This document shows, piece after piece, positions 38,786-51,328 of a DNA stretch of 64,000 nt (positions are counted from its first letter, which is position 1; each line of letters begins with the position of its first letter). Source of the DNA: Cyanidioschyzon merolae (lineage: Eukaryota); NCBI GenBank assembly GCA_000091205.1, contig AP006496.2, one strand, 5' to 3'. Below the pieces are notes generated by a model. The model searched no databases, was not told where the DNA came from, and worked only from the letters and a program-made list of their open reading frames with translations. A program made the translations under genes and the position numbers.

Positions 38786-39412
38786 TCATACCTTGCGCAG
38801 AATGGATGACGGATATCCCGACGGAGCTTTCAATACTGCTCGAGCGTAGAGCGCTCCACTGAGAACGGTGGTGGACCCCACGACCCAGCAGAGCGCCTGC
38901 AGAACAGGGTCGTCATCACCGGTACCCATTGCTGCTCCCAAACTCGCATACGAGATGGTGCAGAACTGCCCGAAAGTATTCAGCTTGCTGATAAACAGCG
39001 GCGCTACTCGATATGGCCAGGCGTCGCTGCTCTGCGAACGCGCAGGTTGCCCAACTGCGGCGTCCCGACGACGCGCTTCACGATAGAGCTTCACTGCAAA
39101 GTAGGCTCCACCCAGGATGAGGAGCGAGTCTCGAGCCAGAAACACACCGACAAGCCCAAGCGGGAGGACACCCTTCGCACTCAGGGCAGCAGCCGTTGCA
39201 TTGATCACTACTTTGTCCGCCACGGGGTCGAGTATGGACCCCAGCGTCGTCACCTTTTGGTACTTTCTGGCCAAGTATCCGTCCAGAACGTCGCTAACAC
39301 CTGCTGCTGCTACGGCCAAGGCAGCTATACTATAGTAATCGTTTACTATTAGGCCCCCAATAACAGGCGCCGTCACAAGTCGAGCCAGAGAAACCAGGTT
39401 TGCGGCGTGCAT
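38786..39412 (-). CDS. CDP-alcohol phosphatidyltransferase (cardiolipin synthase / PGP synthase-like)
   Basis: ATG start. The family motif D-x2-DG-x2-AR...G...D-x3-D reads SDVLDGYLARKYQKVTTLGSILDPVADKV. The protein is multi-pass hydrophobic. Confidence 0.75.
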   Translation of the reverse strand: MHAANLVSLARLVTAPVIGGLIVNDYYSIAALAVAAAGVSDVLDGYLARKYQKVTTLGSILDPVADKVVINATAAALSAKGVLPLGLVGVFLARDSLLILGGAYFAVKLYREARRRDAAVGQPARSQSSDAWPYRVAPLFISKLNTFGQFCTISYASLGAAMGTGDDDPVLQALCWVVGSTTVLSGALYARAVLKAPSGYPSSILRKV

Positions 39413-39439
39413 GGCAAGAGCTTCGAACGATAGCTATCC

Positions 39440-39900
39440 GCGTTCGGGATCGCACGTGGAATAGAAATGCCGTGTAGATGCTTCGATAATAGGCGATACT
39501 TTGGAGGATCCGTTGTCGATGCATCGATAATGAGCGATGCTTTGAAGGATGCCGTGTAGGTGCTTCGATAATAGGCGATACTTTGGAGGATCCGTTGTCG
39601 ATGCATCGATAATGAGCGATGCTTTGAAGGATGCCGTGTAGGTGCTTCGATAATAGGCGATACTTTGGAGGATCCGTTGTCGATGCATCGATTATGAGCG
39701 ATGCTTTGAAGGATGCAGTATAGATGCTTCGATAATAGGCGATACTTTGGAGGATCCGTTGTCGATGCATCGATAATGAGCGATGCTTTGAAGGATGCAG
39801 TATAGATGCTTCGATAATAGGCGATACTTTGGAGGATCCGTTGTCGATGCATCGATAATGAGCGATGCTTTGAAGGATGCTGGAATCTGGAGGGAAACAG
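39440..39900. repeat. 82-bp tandem repeat (two ~41-bp subrepeats) x~5.5 immediately upstream of the phosphatidyltransferase ATG
   Basis: atgcttcgataataggcgatactttggaggatccgttgtcg plus atgcatcgataatgagcgatgctttgaaggatgccgtgtag is reiterated. The block is stop-free in all three minus-strand frames, which produces the artefactual 241/188/116-aa ORFs. Confidence 0.9.
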
Positions 39901-42739
39901 CTTGCTCTGCCGTGCTTGGTGCCCACAGAAGTTCCGCATGGAACAGAACTGCCGTGCCGATACATCGATTGCGAGCGACGCTTTGAGGGATTATGTGCGG
40001 TTTTATGGTGTAATGTCGATGCATCGAAACAAGCATATCCAAAAGTCCTGTTCAAGGGCTGGAAGCATCAGACTCCAGCAGCGAGGTCGCTACAGCAGCA
40101 ACGAGCGTTATCTCTTTGGCAATATCGCAGAGAGAGCAGGGTGTTACCTAGTATGTTCTCCTCAGCAAAAGGTGTGGCCAACTGTTGCTGGGCTCTATAT
40201 AATGCCCTGAGCACATGGTGAACTCGCGTCTCGCCACAGGAGGCACTTTCTTGAATGTCTTGGTTTTCGTATGACACGTTAAGGCTGGCAAGTTTCGCTG
40301 TAGTACATCAACTTTCGACCCCCTTTAGTCTCCACGCGAGCGTTCCGAGTCCACCATAGGGAGCTACGATGCGAATAGGTCGTACGACTCCTGTCCAATG
40401 CTGTAGGATGGAGGGACCTCTGTTAGAACGCCGCCGAAGACTCCCATACGACCTCTTAACAAGGGACGTTGACAGCACCGTGGTTGGAGCGCGACGACTG
40501 TCAGAGCACCAACGGTGTTCTTCATTGAGAAGTTGCAGAACAAGTTCAGCACCGCAGTATTCACAGAGAGTGCTCGACGAGCTCTGTCAAGGACGCTTCT
40601 CCACTCGGAACTGATGCACTGGGCTGGCCGCCGCTAGCACGGTCCGAGCGGCACGGGCATCTGTGCAAGCCGCTCGATCCAACAATCCTACACTACAAAA
40701 CATGCAATCTGTACGCTTACGTCATCCGTAGAAGGCACCAGACCGCGCCTTGAAATGCTGTCCTATGTGGTGACTCACTCGCACATTTTGCCAGCAACAA
40801 GGCGGCTCCGATGCATGTAGTGAATCCGCTCAATGAGGACACTTCGATGGTGTTCGCTGGCCCTTGTATGCAGGTAAGCGTGCAGCTCGAAATGGAAGCC
40901 TTTCCCTGCCGGTCTGTGAACATGATAGCTCAATGCATACGCCATCGATTTCAGGAGGATATTGCAAATCGGCTACAGGAACGGCATCGCGAACCCAAGG
41001 AGCAACAGGCGGGTCAGTATGACCGGAAACAGCAGCGCACGTCCATGGCCCTCCTCCCGGGAGCGCTGGACTGTTTAGAGGTGGGATTTTCGCCTCGCGT
41101 TTATTCTGCCGTGGGTCTTTCCAATAGTTGTGCCGCTATCTTGTCTTTACCGCGCAGTATAGAGCGAAACTATGCGCGCCCGGCAGGGTTACTATACAGG
41201 TTGGGTCGTTCGCACTCACCTGGGTATGCGTTGCCTACACAAAGTACGGAGCGCATCCACGAGTGTCTCCGAAGCGGGTGCCGCAGTTCGTTTTTTTCGA
41301 ACGGCATTGCAAGTATCCTGTGCTTCATCCGATCGAAAGCACCATCCGCGAACACCTTGTGATACTGGTCTCTATCACTCAACCGATCAGTTCCATACGG
41401 AAGCGCTGTATAAAAATCAGCGCGAACAGCGTCTGGGGTTCAAAGTCGTTAAAGGGTCGGCCCCTCTCAAAAATTCACTGAATGACTGCAGCTCAATGAA
41501 TCTGACTGAGTTTTCAGTTGCCTACGACCAGAGCGCAAGCAGGTCTTTCACAGTGACGAGCGTGCTGTTTCCAAAACCATCAAGGATCATCTTGTGGATT
41601 CTTTCTTCCCCGGGAGGCCGTCGAGCGGAAACTGTGGAGCGTTGCTTTAGCGATGCGTGGGTATTCCCAAAGGAACACGTACCACCATACCAGAATAAGC
41701 ACTGATGTGATTATCGCTGAGTATGGACGGAATGGTAACAGGCACCAAGAAAATGTGATGCAAGCTTCACCAAAAAGCAAAATAGTCCACGGCTGGCACC
41801 AGGGAGGTTTCAGTGCTCGGTAAACTTGCAGAGCATCCTGAGCAGCTGCACGAACTGTGCGACGCCGGAGCGGAGGTTCACGTAGCTGCAAATGTAGGTG
41901 GGTAGAGCCCCGTGACTTGCCACGGCACCTCAGAGACAGCCGCTTTACAGGACATCTCAGCCGTTTTAGGCGGGCACAAGCCTTTGGAACATATGAGGTT
42001 CGGTGAGCCGCACAGTCTGCAACAGCGAACCCGAAAAACAGCGTCCACGGCATGCTTTCACAGCGCACTATCTGGCTGCCTTCCGGAGCGAATGGAAGCC
42101 CTGAGTACTCAATTCGAGTACTGTTCCCACTTCTGTTCCCAGCTTGTCTGACAAAGCCAAGAACGCCTCCTGTAACGCATTCAACGAGCAAGGTAAATGC
42201 TCCAACGCTTCGGAGCGAGGCAGGACGTGCTCCTCAAACGCTTTTTTTCACCTAAAGCTAGTGGAGCTCGTCGAGTGAAATTATGCTCTACAGCGGCAGC
42301 GTCTACGCCGCTGTAAACCTTAAAATAAACCGACCTCTGTGGTTAACAGGTTTCGCTTACGTAAAGATGCACAGGCAAGCGCAGCGTCCCGAAGCAAAAA
42401 CGTTCCAGAACTCTAATATATGCTCAGCAGTTGTTGGTATCGGATGGATCCTGCCGTAGTGCAAGCAGTCCGCACTTTGGGATTCTTTGATCGCGGCCTC
42501 AGTGTCCGAAGTGACGCTGGACCGAATCTTTTCTCTTCAAGCAGCACATAATCGAGTAGTGAACATGTTCCATAGCTAGTCTGTCTGCAGCCGCGCTGTC
42601 TGCATTCGACACGACTCGGGCAGAAAGCCTCTACACCTATGTCAGAGTACAACAGAACAAGCCCACTCATCTATCTCGGGTGTCTACACTAGAATATGGG
42701 TCTTCCGACCGCCATCAACATTAGCCTCTGCAGTTTTTT

Positions 42740-42900
42740 TCTGTGACAGCTTCCTTTTCCATTCTTGTCTCCGGCTTCAAACGCACAGGTCTTTCGCTTC
42801 TCTACAGCTCGGTTCACAGCAGCCGAAGGATGTTTACGGCAATGTGCAAGTCCCGATTTCGCCGTTTCAGGTCGCTGTCTAGGCCTTTCATCAACAGACC
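42740..42900 (-). repeat. R3 family copy, inverted orientation
   Basis: The reverse complement aligns with 51020..51110 (aaccgagctg(c/t)ag...agcga(g/a)agacc). Confidence 0.45.
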
Positions 42901-44105
42901 GAAGTTGCTAACTACACATTGCTTGTCACTTTGATCTTCTTCGTATACTACCTTGGTGTGCACTTTTCTGTGGCGACGCGTGGCTGTCGTCAGGTGTTCC
43001 CATTTGTCCACCATAGCTTCTCATCCAAGGGCCGCTCTGTAGCACGTGAACGCCTGCTCGATGTCTCGGTACATGCCGTTGTGAGGTACACAGAGATCGA
43101 CACGATGCATTTCTCCGTTTCCGCGCATGGTACCGCACTTAACGATACAAGGCTTCTTCTGTACGATCCTTCAGCGAGGGACTTGTGCGCTACACATGCG
43201 GAAGCGCACGCAGTGCCATTCTGTTGAGGTTTCGTGGAACGCGATGTTGTCTATGGCGAAACACGGACCGTAACGAAAATCCAGGCTAGAGAAGGAGTCG
43301 AGGACCTTCGATCTGTGTACACTCCTTTCGTGCAAAGCGGTGAAGCGTTCTCCACTATAATTGATCGCTGCGACAACTCAAGTCCGAGTCCAAGCCCCTT
43401 TTTCATGCAAACAGAAGAGAAAGGGGCCCCTGGGAGCATATCCCGTAAGTGCTATCATGCTGTTGATGTCGAATGCCGTTTCTTCGATGGCTACATGGAA
43501 AGTAGGATACGTCTTTCGAAGGAAGTCGATTATTTGGCATGAGAAATTTAGTGAACGGTCCGCATTAGCTTGTGAACAAGTTGTCAAGGGACAACGTCGA
43601 GTTCGTTTCATCGTCAATCCAGCGACCCGCATTGCTGCGCTTTCAGTCTGCTTTGAAACAGAAATAGAACGGTTTGAGAATCCGTAATTTGAACATGCTT
43701 CGCGTAAGAACAGGGAAAGAGTGTAGGCTCATGCGTATGAGTTTGATATGATATCGTTCATGTTTACGAATCCTTCTTCAAGGGCATCGCAACGTATCTT
43801 ATTTCCGGTGACGTAAAGAATTCAAGCGGCAGAGCCTCGGAGCCGTTCCAGAAGGACGACCGAGAATCCTGAAACTACGTTTGCATCCGTAAACCCTTAT
43901 TGATGCTCTTCAATTATAGAGGCTTTTGCATCTACGAAAAGTTTGAGAAAAATCGAAAGAGAACAATAAAGCGTGCCGTTCTTTATTCCATCTCAATTTA
44001 ACCGAAGTCCAGTGGCTGCGGGCTTGCAAGTAGCGTCGTGCGTTTGTCCAGCCTCGGTTACGCTGTTCGTCGCTGCAGTGCGTTTGGTTGGTGAGTGTTT
44101 TTTCC

Positions 44106-45344
44106 ATGCCGACGCTAGAAACCGTCAGTACAGAGGCGTTGGTGCAGCGCGGCATCACGCTCTTTCGAAAGTGCTTTCCAAACTCTGGGGAACCAACTGT
44201 CGCGAGCGCCGCACCGGGCCGTGTGAACCTCATTGGCGAGCACACGGACTACAACGAGGGCTTCGTGCTACCTATGGCACTCGAGGACCGTGAAACCGTT
44301 TTTGTGGGAACCTCTTTCCTGGACTCAGGCTTTGGGTCCCTTCCAAGGGCACGCCTGGTTTCCGAGCTTTGTCCTGACCAGCCTGTGGAGTTCGCGCTTC
44401 GAAACATATCTCCAGGAGAGGCGTACGCTGGCCCGGCCTGGGCAAACTATATTCGAGGAATGGTCGCTCAGTTTCTGGAGCGATCTGTGCGGGTGCCGTC
44501 TTTTGACGCAGTCGTGGTGTCGGAGGTGCCGCTCGGAGGTGGAGTCTCGTCGTCCGCTGCGCTAGAGATGGCGTGCGCGGTTTTTCTCCAGGAGATAACA
44601 GGTGTTTCCCTCGACCCAGTGGAGCGTGCTCGCATGGGTCAGCGGGTAGAGCATTTATATGCCGGTGTGCCCAGCGGTATCATGGATCAGCTGATCTCCG
44701 CTGCAGGCGTCGCAGGTTCGGCGCTCCTGATCGACTGCCGGACCTTGGAAACACGAGCGATCCCTCTGGATGACCCAGAGATGGTTATTGTTGTTGTGAA
44801 TAGCAACGTGAAGCATTCTCTAGCGGACGGGGAGTATGGGCGAAGGCGAAGAACATGCGAGCAGGCGGCAGCGGCCTTGAATGTCGCTTCACTGCGCGAT
44901 GCGACTAGAGAGCAGCTCGAGGCGAGTCGGACGCGAGGTATTTTGGGTCCACCCGAAGAGAAAGTCTACGAGCGAGCGCTCCACGTGATTGAGGAAAACA
45001 ACAGGGTCCTGCATGCTGTGAGCGCTCTCCAGGAGCGCGACTACGTGCGCTTCGGAAAACTCATGTACGAGAGTCACGAGTCGCTTCGGACCAACTACCA
45101 AGTGAGTTGCGATGAAATCGATGCTCTTGTGGAGATAGCTCGCCAAGTGCCCGGAGTCTACGGCAGCCGCATGACGGGAGGCGGTTTTGGCGGATGCACG
45201 GTGACGCTTGTACGTGCGGACGCGGTAGCGATGCTCCTTGAACGTATTGAGGCACTTTATCCGAAGCGCACTGGAAAGCATCCGACTAGCTTCATAAGCA
45301 AACCCGGTCCTGGTTCACGGCCGCTGGCGATTGAACACTCCTAG
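44106..45344 (+). CDS. galactokinase (GHMP kinase)
   Basis: Track start is TTG 44088; the first ATG is residue 7. The galactokinase signature GEHTDYNEGFVLPMALE, the ATP motif PLGGGVSSSAALEMA and the C-terminal GGGFGGCTVTLV are present. Confidence 0.9.
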   Translation: MPTLETVSTEALVQRGITLFRKCFPNSGEPTVASAAPGRVNLIGEHTDYNEGFVLPMALEDRETVFVGTSFLDSGFGSLPRARLVSELCPDQPVEFALRNISPGEAYAGPAWANYIRGMVAQFLERSVRVPSFDAVVVSEVPLGGGVSSSAALEMACAVFLQEITGVSLDPVERARMGQRVEHLYAGVPSGIMDQLISAAGVAGSALLIDCRTLETRAIPLDDPEMVIVVVNSNVKHSLADGEYGRRRRTCEQAAAALNVASLRDATREQLEASRTRGILGPPEEKVYERALHVIEENNRVLHAVSALQERDYVRFGKLMYESHESLRTNYQVSCDEIDALVEIARQVPGVYGSRMTGGGFGGCTVTLVRADAVAMLLERIEALYPKRTGKHPTSFISKPGPGSRPLAIEHS

Positions 45345-45374
45345 GAACGTAAGGCGAGCTATACGCTTCGTCGT

Positions 45375-48300
45375 TTACCAGACATCCCCAAAGCGCCCGA
45401 GAATAGTTTGCGCTTCGGTGATGTCCTTCTGGACTTTTCGCCGCCGGTAAAATATCGGACAGTCGCCGTTACTGCAGAGCACGTCCTGGATACAAGAACC
45501 CATACACTCCTGGCACTGTGTCCATAGCGCGCTGAACAGCTGCTCGAGCTCTGCTGTCTGCTTGAGATGACGCAGATACGTCTCCGCCTCAAAGTCCCTG
45601 CAGTGTTCGCAGAGGGCACTTCCTTTGAGGCCTCGTTTCTGTAACTCGGCCTCATTGATGCCGGCGCGGCAGCGGACACACTGGAGGCGGAACTTTGCAA
45701 ACTTCATAATGCCGCTTCCGGTTCTCGGCGTTGCGACTTGGATACTGCGAGTATGCGCGCCGCTGAAGAGCGTCTCTGGTCTTTTCATGACCGCAGAAAA
45801 AATGCGCTCAAGGGGTTTTCGCAGCATATTTTCTAGGTAGTAGTGAGCATCGATGGGGATGCTGTTCTCGAGAACGTATATCGGGTCCTCAGCACGGGTG
45901 TAGGCCTTTTCGTTCTTTGTTGCTCCCTTGATAATGACGTACGGAACCCGATCGCCCAAGGACGGGGCAGAGCCTGAGTCGCGTTTCCGCAACTTCTCCA
46001 CCAGGAAAACGTGCGCCTGCTTGGCTTCGTAGTCAGTTGTGGCTCGAGTCAGCGTCTTGGAGACAACCAGCAGGGAGAGATCGATACGGTTTTGCAGCAA
46101 ATCGGACACGATCTTCTTCACAAACTCGATCGCTCCGTCCACATCCTGCTCAATAAGCAACTTCTGTAGCACGGTGTCCACCACGTTCGCGACAAGCCGG
46201 CAATTGTCGCGCCGCACGGACTCGATGCCTTTGCAGTCCATCTTATCGTGCCGCTCGAGTCTCGTCCAGTAGAGACCAGCGTAGCGTTTCTTTGAAATCA
46301 GCAGATACGGATAGTACACTTTTTCGAACTCCAGTCTAACAGGAGGCGGAAAGATGTTTGTCAGCTGCTTTGCGGCTTCGCGGCCGAGCTCCATCACCTG
46401 TTCCAGAGTCGCGTGATCGTTGAATTTGACCATCACTGAGTCCGTATCGCCATAGATCACCTCGGCACCCGGATAGAGCCGCTCGACCGTGCTCCTCGTT
46501 AGTTCAATCATATTGCGGCCGTACGACGTGACAGAGGCTGAAATCTCCATGCAGGGCAGCTTACCCACGGAGGCTCCCGTGAACCCGTATACAGCGTTTG
46601 CCGATATTTTCAACGCAAGTTGGCGGCCATTCAGAACCTCTCGGAGAAACGGATCCGTCGCGTTTTGCATGTCCCTCTTTGCTGCCTTCCGCGATGCCAG
46701 AAACTCCTCGAGCATCTCACTGAGAATGCCCTTACGTACGGACGGTTTCACAAAGCAGTGGCCCAGAGGCGTGCGGATGTAGTCGTCAGGTTTCAGCTTC
46801 GGGACATCCGACTCGTGCACGAGTGTCGAATAGCAGAGATTGTAAGCCATCATGATGGAGGGATACAGCGAGGCGAAGTCCATGGTGGCTATTGGTGTTC
46901 GGTAGAAGCCCTTCTTTGGCTCGATCACCGTGGCGCCCTCGTACTGCGGACCGCCGTCGCCACTGCGCCCCCCAGCTTCCGTGCGGGGCAGGTCAGGGAC
47001 GAGCAGGTCAGCTTCGTGCGCCTTGCGGTGCAGGAGCGACACAACTTTCACCATGTGACCCCGGCTGAGCAACCAGTCCAGCGGAACACCAGTCACACGA
47101 GCGAGCTCCATATAGTTCGTCAACGACATGAGCTTGTCCATCAGCCGCAGCGGTAGATAGGCATCTTTGAGGCAATAAACCGCAAGACGTCGCCGCGTAT
47201 GCTCGTTACCTGCCTGCAAATCGGTGATGATAGAGTAATGGACGTCCTCCTTCTGTTCGTTGAGGAACTCTGATGACACCGAGTTCAGCGAATACGAGCG
47301 CAGCTTGTGATCGCGAATGATCACCTGCAGCATGTCCATGATGACTCGACCCTCAATGGAGAACGTCATGCTCTCGTGCGTACCAAAAGCGCTCGATGAA
47401 AGACGCGTCCGACGCATGGTTGTGCGTTCGCGACATATACGTCCCAGGTAGGGGAAGCGACTCGCACCAATTGCAGACGCTCTATTCAAAAGGTAGGGTA
47501 GATCAAAATTCACAATATTGTATCCTGTAATGATATCTGGATCGGCAGCAACCAGAAAGTTCCGAAAGCTCTGCAAAAGCTCCTGTTCGCGGTTGAGGGA
47601 AATCACCTGCACACCGGCGACTGGTGCACAGGAGCCGAGCGTGAAGATAGCGCGCACGAGAGGCTCCGTCTTCCCGTACTCCCCGAGGTGACAGCCTATT
47701 TGGATGACGCTGTCATTTTCGGGTTCTGGGAAGATTCCTTTTCTTCCAGCGCACTCGATGTCGAACGAGAGTATTCTAAACGCAGCCGTTCGCAGCCACT
47801 CCCCGCTGGGTGGGTGGCACACCACTGATTGCCAGTGTGCTTCGGCAACGATCTGCGCATAACTCGGGCTCAGCGCATTCGAGACCACTGTATAGGAACC
47901 AGCAGGTACTTCGATCCACGAGCAGCCCATCATTTTGGTATCGATCATGAAGCGCAGCACGAAGTCGACTGATGACTCGAACACATCGAACACGCGACCC
48001 AAGACAGAGCCCTGACTGAGCAGTCCTGCCGCCACGCGCACCAGGTCTGGAGTACGCACGGTAATGCGCAGGAACTCGCTATCGTCTTCGCCCGGCTTGT
48101 AGTACAAGACGGAGCGGCGTCGAACCCGCTCGACACCCAGGATACAATCCCCGGAGCAGTCGGCAACGCGGCCCATTGTTCGGCACTTGTGCTCCAGTTC
48201 GGCTCGAAGTTCGCCAAGAGCGCCGTCCCCGAAACCCTTCGGCGCCGATGCATAGAAGTACGGAGCAAAGCCCTGCACACACAGGAGCACAGACTCGCCA

Positions 48301-48629
48301 CTCAGCGTAACACCGTAGACACGAACCGTTGTGTGCGGCTCAGCAGCGCGATGCCGCTCTACCACATAGTCGCATGTCACCTGGTTAAATAAAAGCGATT
48401 CGGAGGCACTCAGGAGGCTCGTCCGAGCAGCAGGGCGACCGCAAAGCCGCCTGAAGAACTCGATAGACTCTTGGTCCGTCTCGTGACCCGAGAGCGCGCC
48501 CCCGGTCGTTTCCAACACAGGCTCACAATTCGTAAGGTAAGCCGCCTCATCGACGTCTACCTCAAAGCTGTCATCATCGAGAGCATCGTTCGGTTCGTAG
48601 GGATCCGGCGAGAACTGCTGCGGCACCAT
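45375..48629 (-). CDS. DNA polymerase delta catalytic subunit (family B), single exon
   Basis: ATG start, 1084 aa. Exo I is FDIECAG. Pol motif A is DFASLYPSIMMAYNLCYSTL, motif B is NAVYGFTGA and motif C is YGDTDSVMV. The C-terminal CysA/CysB zinc modules read CVRCRAG...CEHCR and CQECMGS...CSNGDC. Confidence 0.95.
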   Translation of the reverse strand: MVPQQFSPDPYEPNDALDDDSFEVDVDEAAYLTNCEPVLETTGGALSGHETDQESIEFFRRLCGRPAARTSLLSASESLLFNQVTCDYVVERHRAAEPHTTVRVYGVTLSGESVLLCVQGFAPYFYASAPKGFGDGALGELRAELEHKCRTMGRVADCSGDCILGVERVRRRSVLYYKPGEDDSEFLRITVRTPDLVRVAAGLLSQGSVLGRVFDVFESSVDFVLRFMIDTKMMGCSWIEVPAGSYTVVSNALSPSYAQIVAEAHWQSVVCHPPSGEWLRTAAFRILSFDIECAGRKGIFPEPENDSVIQIGCHLGEYGKTEPLVRAIFTLGSCAPVAGVQVISLNREQELLQSFRNFLVAADPDIITGYNIVNFDLPYLLNRASAIGASRFPYLGRICRERTTMRRTRLSSSAFGTHESMTFSIEGRVIMDMLQVIIRDHKLRSYSLNSVSSEFLNEQKEDVHYSIITDLQAGNEHTRRRLAVYCLKDAYLPLRLMDKLMSLTNYMELARVTGVPLDWLLSRGHMVKVVSLLHRKAHEADLLVPDLPRTEAGGRSGDGGPQYEGATVIEPKKGFYRTPIATMDFASLYPSIMMAYNLCYSTLVHESDVPKLKPDDYIRTPLGHCFVKPSVRKGILSEMLEEFLASRKAAKRDMQNATDPFLREVLNGRQLALKISANAVYGFTGASVGKLPCMEISASVTSYGRNMIELTRSTVERLYPGAEVIYGDTDSVMVKFNDHATLEQVMELGREAAKQLTNIFPPPVRLEFEKVYYPYLLISKKRYAGLYWTRLERHDKMDCKGIESVRRDNCRLVANVVDTVLQKLLIEQDVDGAIEFVKKIVSDLLQNRIDLSLLVVSKTLTRATTDYEAKQAHVFLVEKLRKRDSGSAPSLGDRVPYVIIKGATKNEKAYTRAEDPIYVLENSIPIDAHYYLENMLRKPLERIFSAVMKRPETLFSGAHTRSIQVATPRTGSGIMKFAKFRLQCVRCRAGINEAELQKRGLKGSALCEHCRDFEAETYLRHLKQTAELEQLFSALWTQCQECMGSCIQDVLCSNGDCPIFYRRRKVQKDITEAQTILGRFGDVW

Positions 48630-50984
48630 AGCTGGACGGCAGCAACGAGGCTTTTCAAAAAGATGCCGGTGGCGGCGCTCGTTCCGCTGCTGCGCAATGG
48701 CTTGGCGGCAGTGGCGGCTATACTCGTGTCAGATGAAAATAGAATACGAAAATACTTGCTTTGTTCTTAACTTTCGATTTTTCTTCCGGACTTTCTAGAT
48801 CCACAGACTCGGCATACGAATCACAGCAATAGGGGCTTCCGGATAAACATCTGCTTTTAGAAGTCTGGTTCTTCTTCCCGGAGTGGCTCATTCGACTCTT
48901 TGGCGCTGGAACTCGTTACATTACCGGAATCAAACTGATTCGCGACGCCCTCTAAAAAGGGTTTCTAAATAACCGATATCATGATCGAATTTTTACGTAA
49001 AAAACTCCACGCTTCTCGATTCTTTAGGAATGGCGTGCTCAAATCAGACTTTACTCAAGTTTTCCGCTTTCTGTATCAAGGAAACTTGATGGTGCAGCGA
49101 TGCGCGCTGCTGGATAGGTCAGGAAACGTAATCGGCATCGTCACTCGACGATTTCTTCGCAAGCTCCTGCAGAAAGTTCATCGAAATCCTCATATCAAGC
49201 AACGGATTCCGTTCGCACGACGAAGCCTCCTCGTATCGTTGTTCGCAACGAAACGGCATTTGTCAGCAGCCTGATACCCCTCACGTGATATGCTCCCTGA
49301 GGTTGCGCTTTCTTTTGTCTGCACAGAAAAGCACCACAGACTCGTGCCTAAGTCATTCTAGCGACGGCCCCCAGTACAAAGTGTTTCACCGCTTTGCCAA
49401 GGGAGCATAGACTGATAGAAATCCTCGACTTCTTCGCCGGGGAGGTCTATGAGCGGAAAAGTACGCATTGCGACTCTGAACCATCTCAGCGTCATCTCTC
49501 TCGGCGCGTGATTGAGTCGTTGACGTAAAAGTGAATGCACGAGGACGTAGTCATCAGCCTGGACGACGTGAAGGTTCTCTCTGTGACAGGTGCTTCTTCG
49601 CAGATCATAGGCTCGTCGGATGAAAAGACAGTGAGAAGCCTCAGTCGAGTACCTCCCAAAGGAGACGATGGCGAGAAGATGATGGATCTGGCGCCTTCGA
49701 GTAACCCGCCAACGAGAGCGATTCTACACTTTCGCATCTGAATTGATGCTCCGCAGCTCCCGTAGGGGAGAGATCTTCTCCAGTTTTGAACGCACTTACG
49801 GGTCGCTGCTACGACAACCTCGATTCGCGACTTTTTCGCTTCATTGTGGAGATGAATGCCTGTGCAAAGGCGGCGTAGATGCGTTCGAGGCTCTAAAAGT
49901 AGCGTGGAAGAAGAATAGTAGCTGATTGATAGCATGGAGTTCATGAAGCGGATCGCGTACACGTCGTCCAAAGATTCGGCGGAACTCTTGAGTCGCTGCA
50001 GGAAAGCCAAGCGACGGAAGGCAGAGAAAACTGCGAATGGGAAGAGAAGGGGACGAACGAGACGGCCTCGGTGCGACGAAGAGGCGCGGTGTCCTTCCTC
50101 GAGATTGATGGTGTGGGAGTAGGCATCATGATCAATAGCGAACGTCTTGCAACCGTCCGACCTGAGACGAGCCCCTGATCCCAAGAGGAATCACGCCGTG
50201 GAGCAAGGAGGTATACAGAAGTGTGGCCTCGCGAACTTGGCCTCCATAGCGATTTGCATCGGTCTGGACCCAGAGAGAGCGAACCTCCACACCTGTGCTT
50301 TCATGAGTTTCGAAGAAAAACCCGATTCACCTGGGATAATCGACGACTTACTGGAAGCTCGAATTCCGTCCTATTCGTGTTTCAACTACAATCTTAGGTC
50401 CTAAGCGTGTGCCTAGCATCTTCGTCTCAGCAAACGGGAGCAAACTAGAAAATAGTTCGACCAGCAGGCAAGTGATACGGAAGGGCGTCACAGGCTCCTT
50501 AGCCGCAATGTCGCAATTGAGTGGACCATGTGGAAACTGTGCCCATGACTGTATATATTTCTTCAATGACCGTTACCCTGGTAGGCACGTTTTGTGGGGA
50601 GGGCACTCAGGAACCAAACAGCATGCAGGGACGCCGACTGTGAGCTATTGAATGGACCAGCGTGTGCTTGCACCTGCTGCGGACGGAGTGCTCTAGGATG
50701 GGACCTTTCAAAAGAAGTACCTGATCGTAGAGTACGGTTGTGGGCACGAAACTGGCAGAGGGCATCGAAGAAAGCCCTTTGTAGCCATGAGGAACGCGTC
50801 TCGAGCGGTGAAACAAGCGCTCATGCATTACAGGACGGCTCGCAGCGATGGAGCTGTTGTGTAGAGGTGTGAAAAACTGGCCACAGCCAATTTTCAACGC
50901 CGCCAAGGCCACAACTATGCTATTTACAAATATGATGGAAATGACAAGCGGAGCGGAAATTGCAGCTTCCTTCTGTGCATGAAG

Positions 50985-51245
50985 TACGTCGAAAACAAGC
51001 GCAAGCAGCGAAATCCTGACCTTCATATTGCTATGAGCATCCTCCAACTGCTCATAACCGAGCTGCAGGGCAGCGAGAGACCGCCATATTTGACGTTCGC
51101 AGAAGAGCGAGAGGAAAAGGAATCTTTCGCTAAAATGTCCCGTAAATGCTCTTGTCAATGACAATAGGAAGAGATCCAAACTTAAGAGTGGACGGCTATG
51201 CTCTGAGATCTGTCCCATTTTATTCGAACGTGGGTGTGGGCTTTG
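50985..51245 (+). repeat. R3 family copy just upstream of the OTU1 gene
   Basis: See the 34395..34672 entry. Confidence 0.5.
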
Positions 51246-51328
51246 AAAACGGCGCTGGCAACAGTGCTACCGGGAGAAGCATCTGCCGCGCTAAGTAAGA
51301 GCTTTTGGCGGGTTCACTTGAGGCCGGC

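Noticed and set aside
39330-40055. 241-aa, 188-aa and 116-aa minus-strand ORFs through the 82-bp array
   Set aside because: The peptide sequences are periodic with the repeat (246-nt period) and arise because the array is stop-free in every frame. They are not evidence of a gene.
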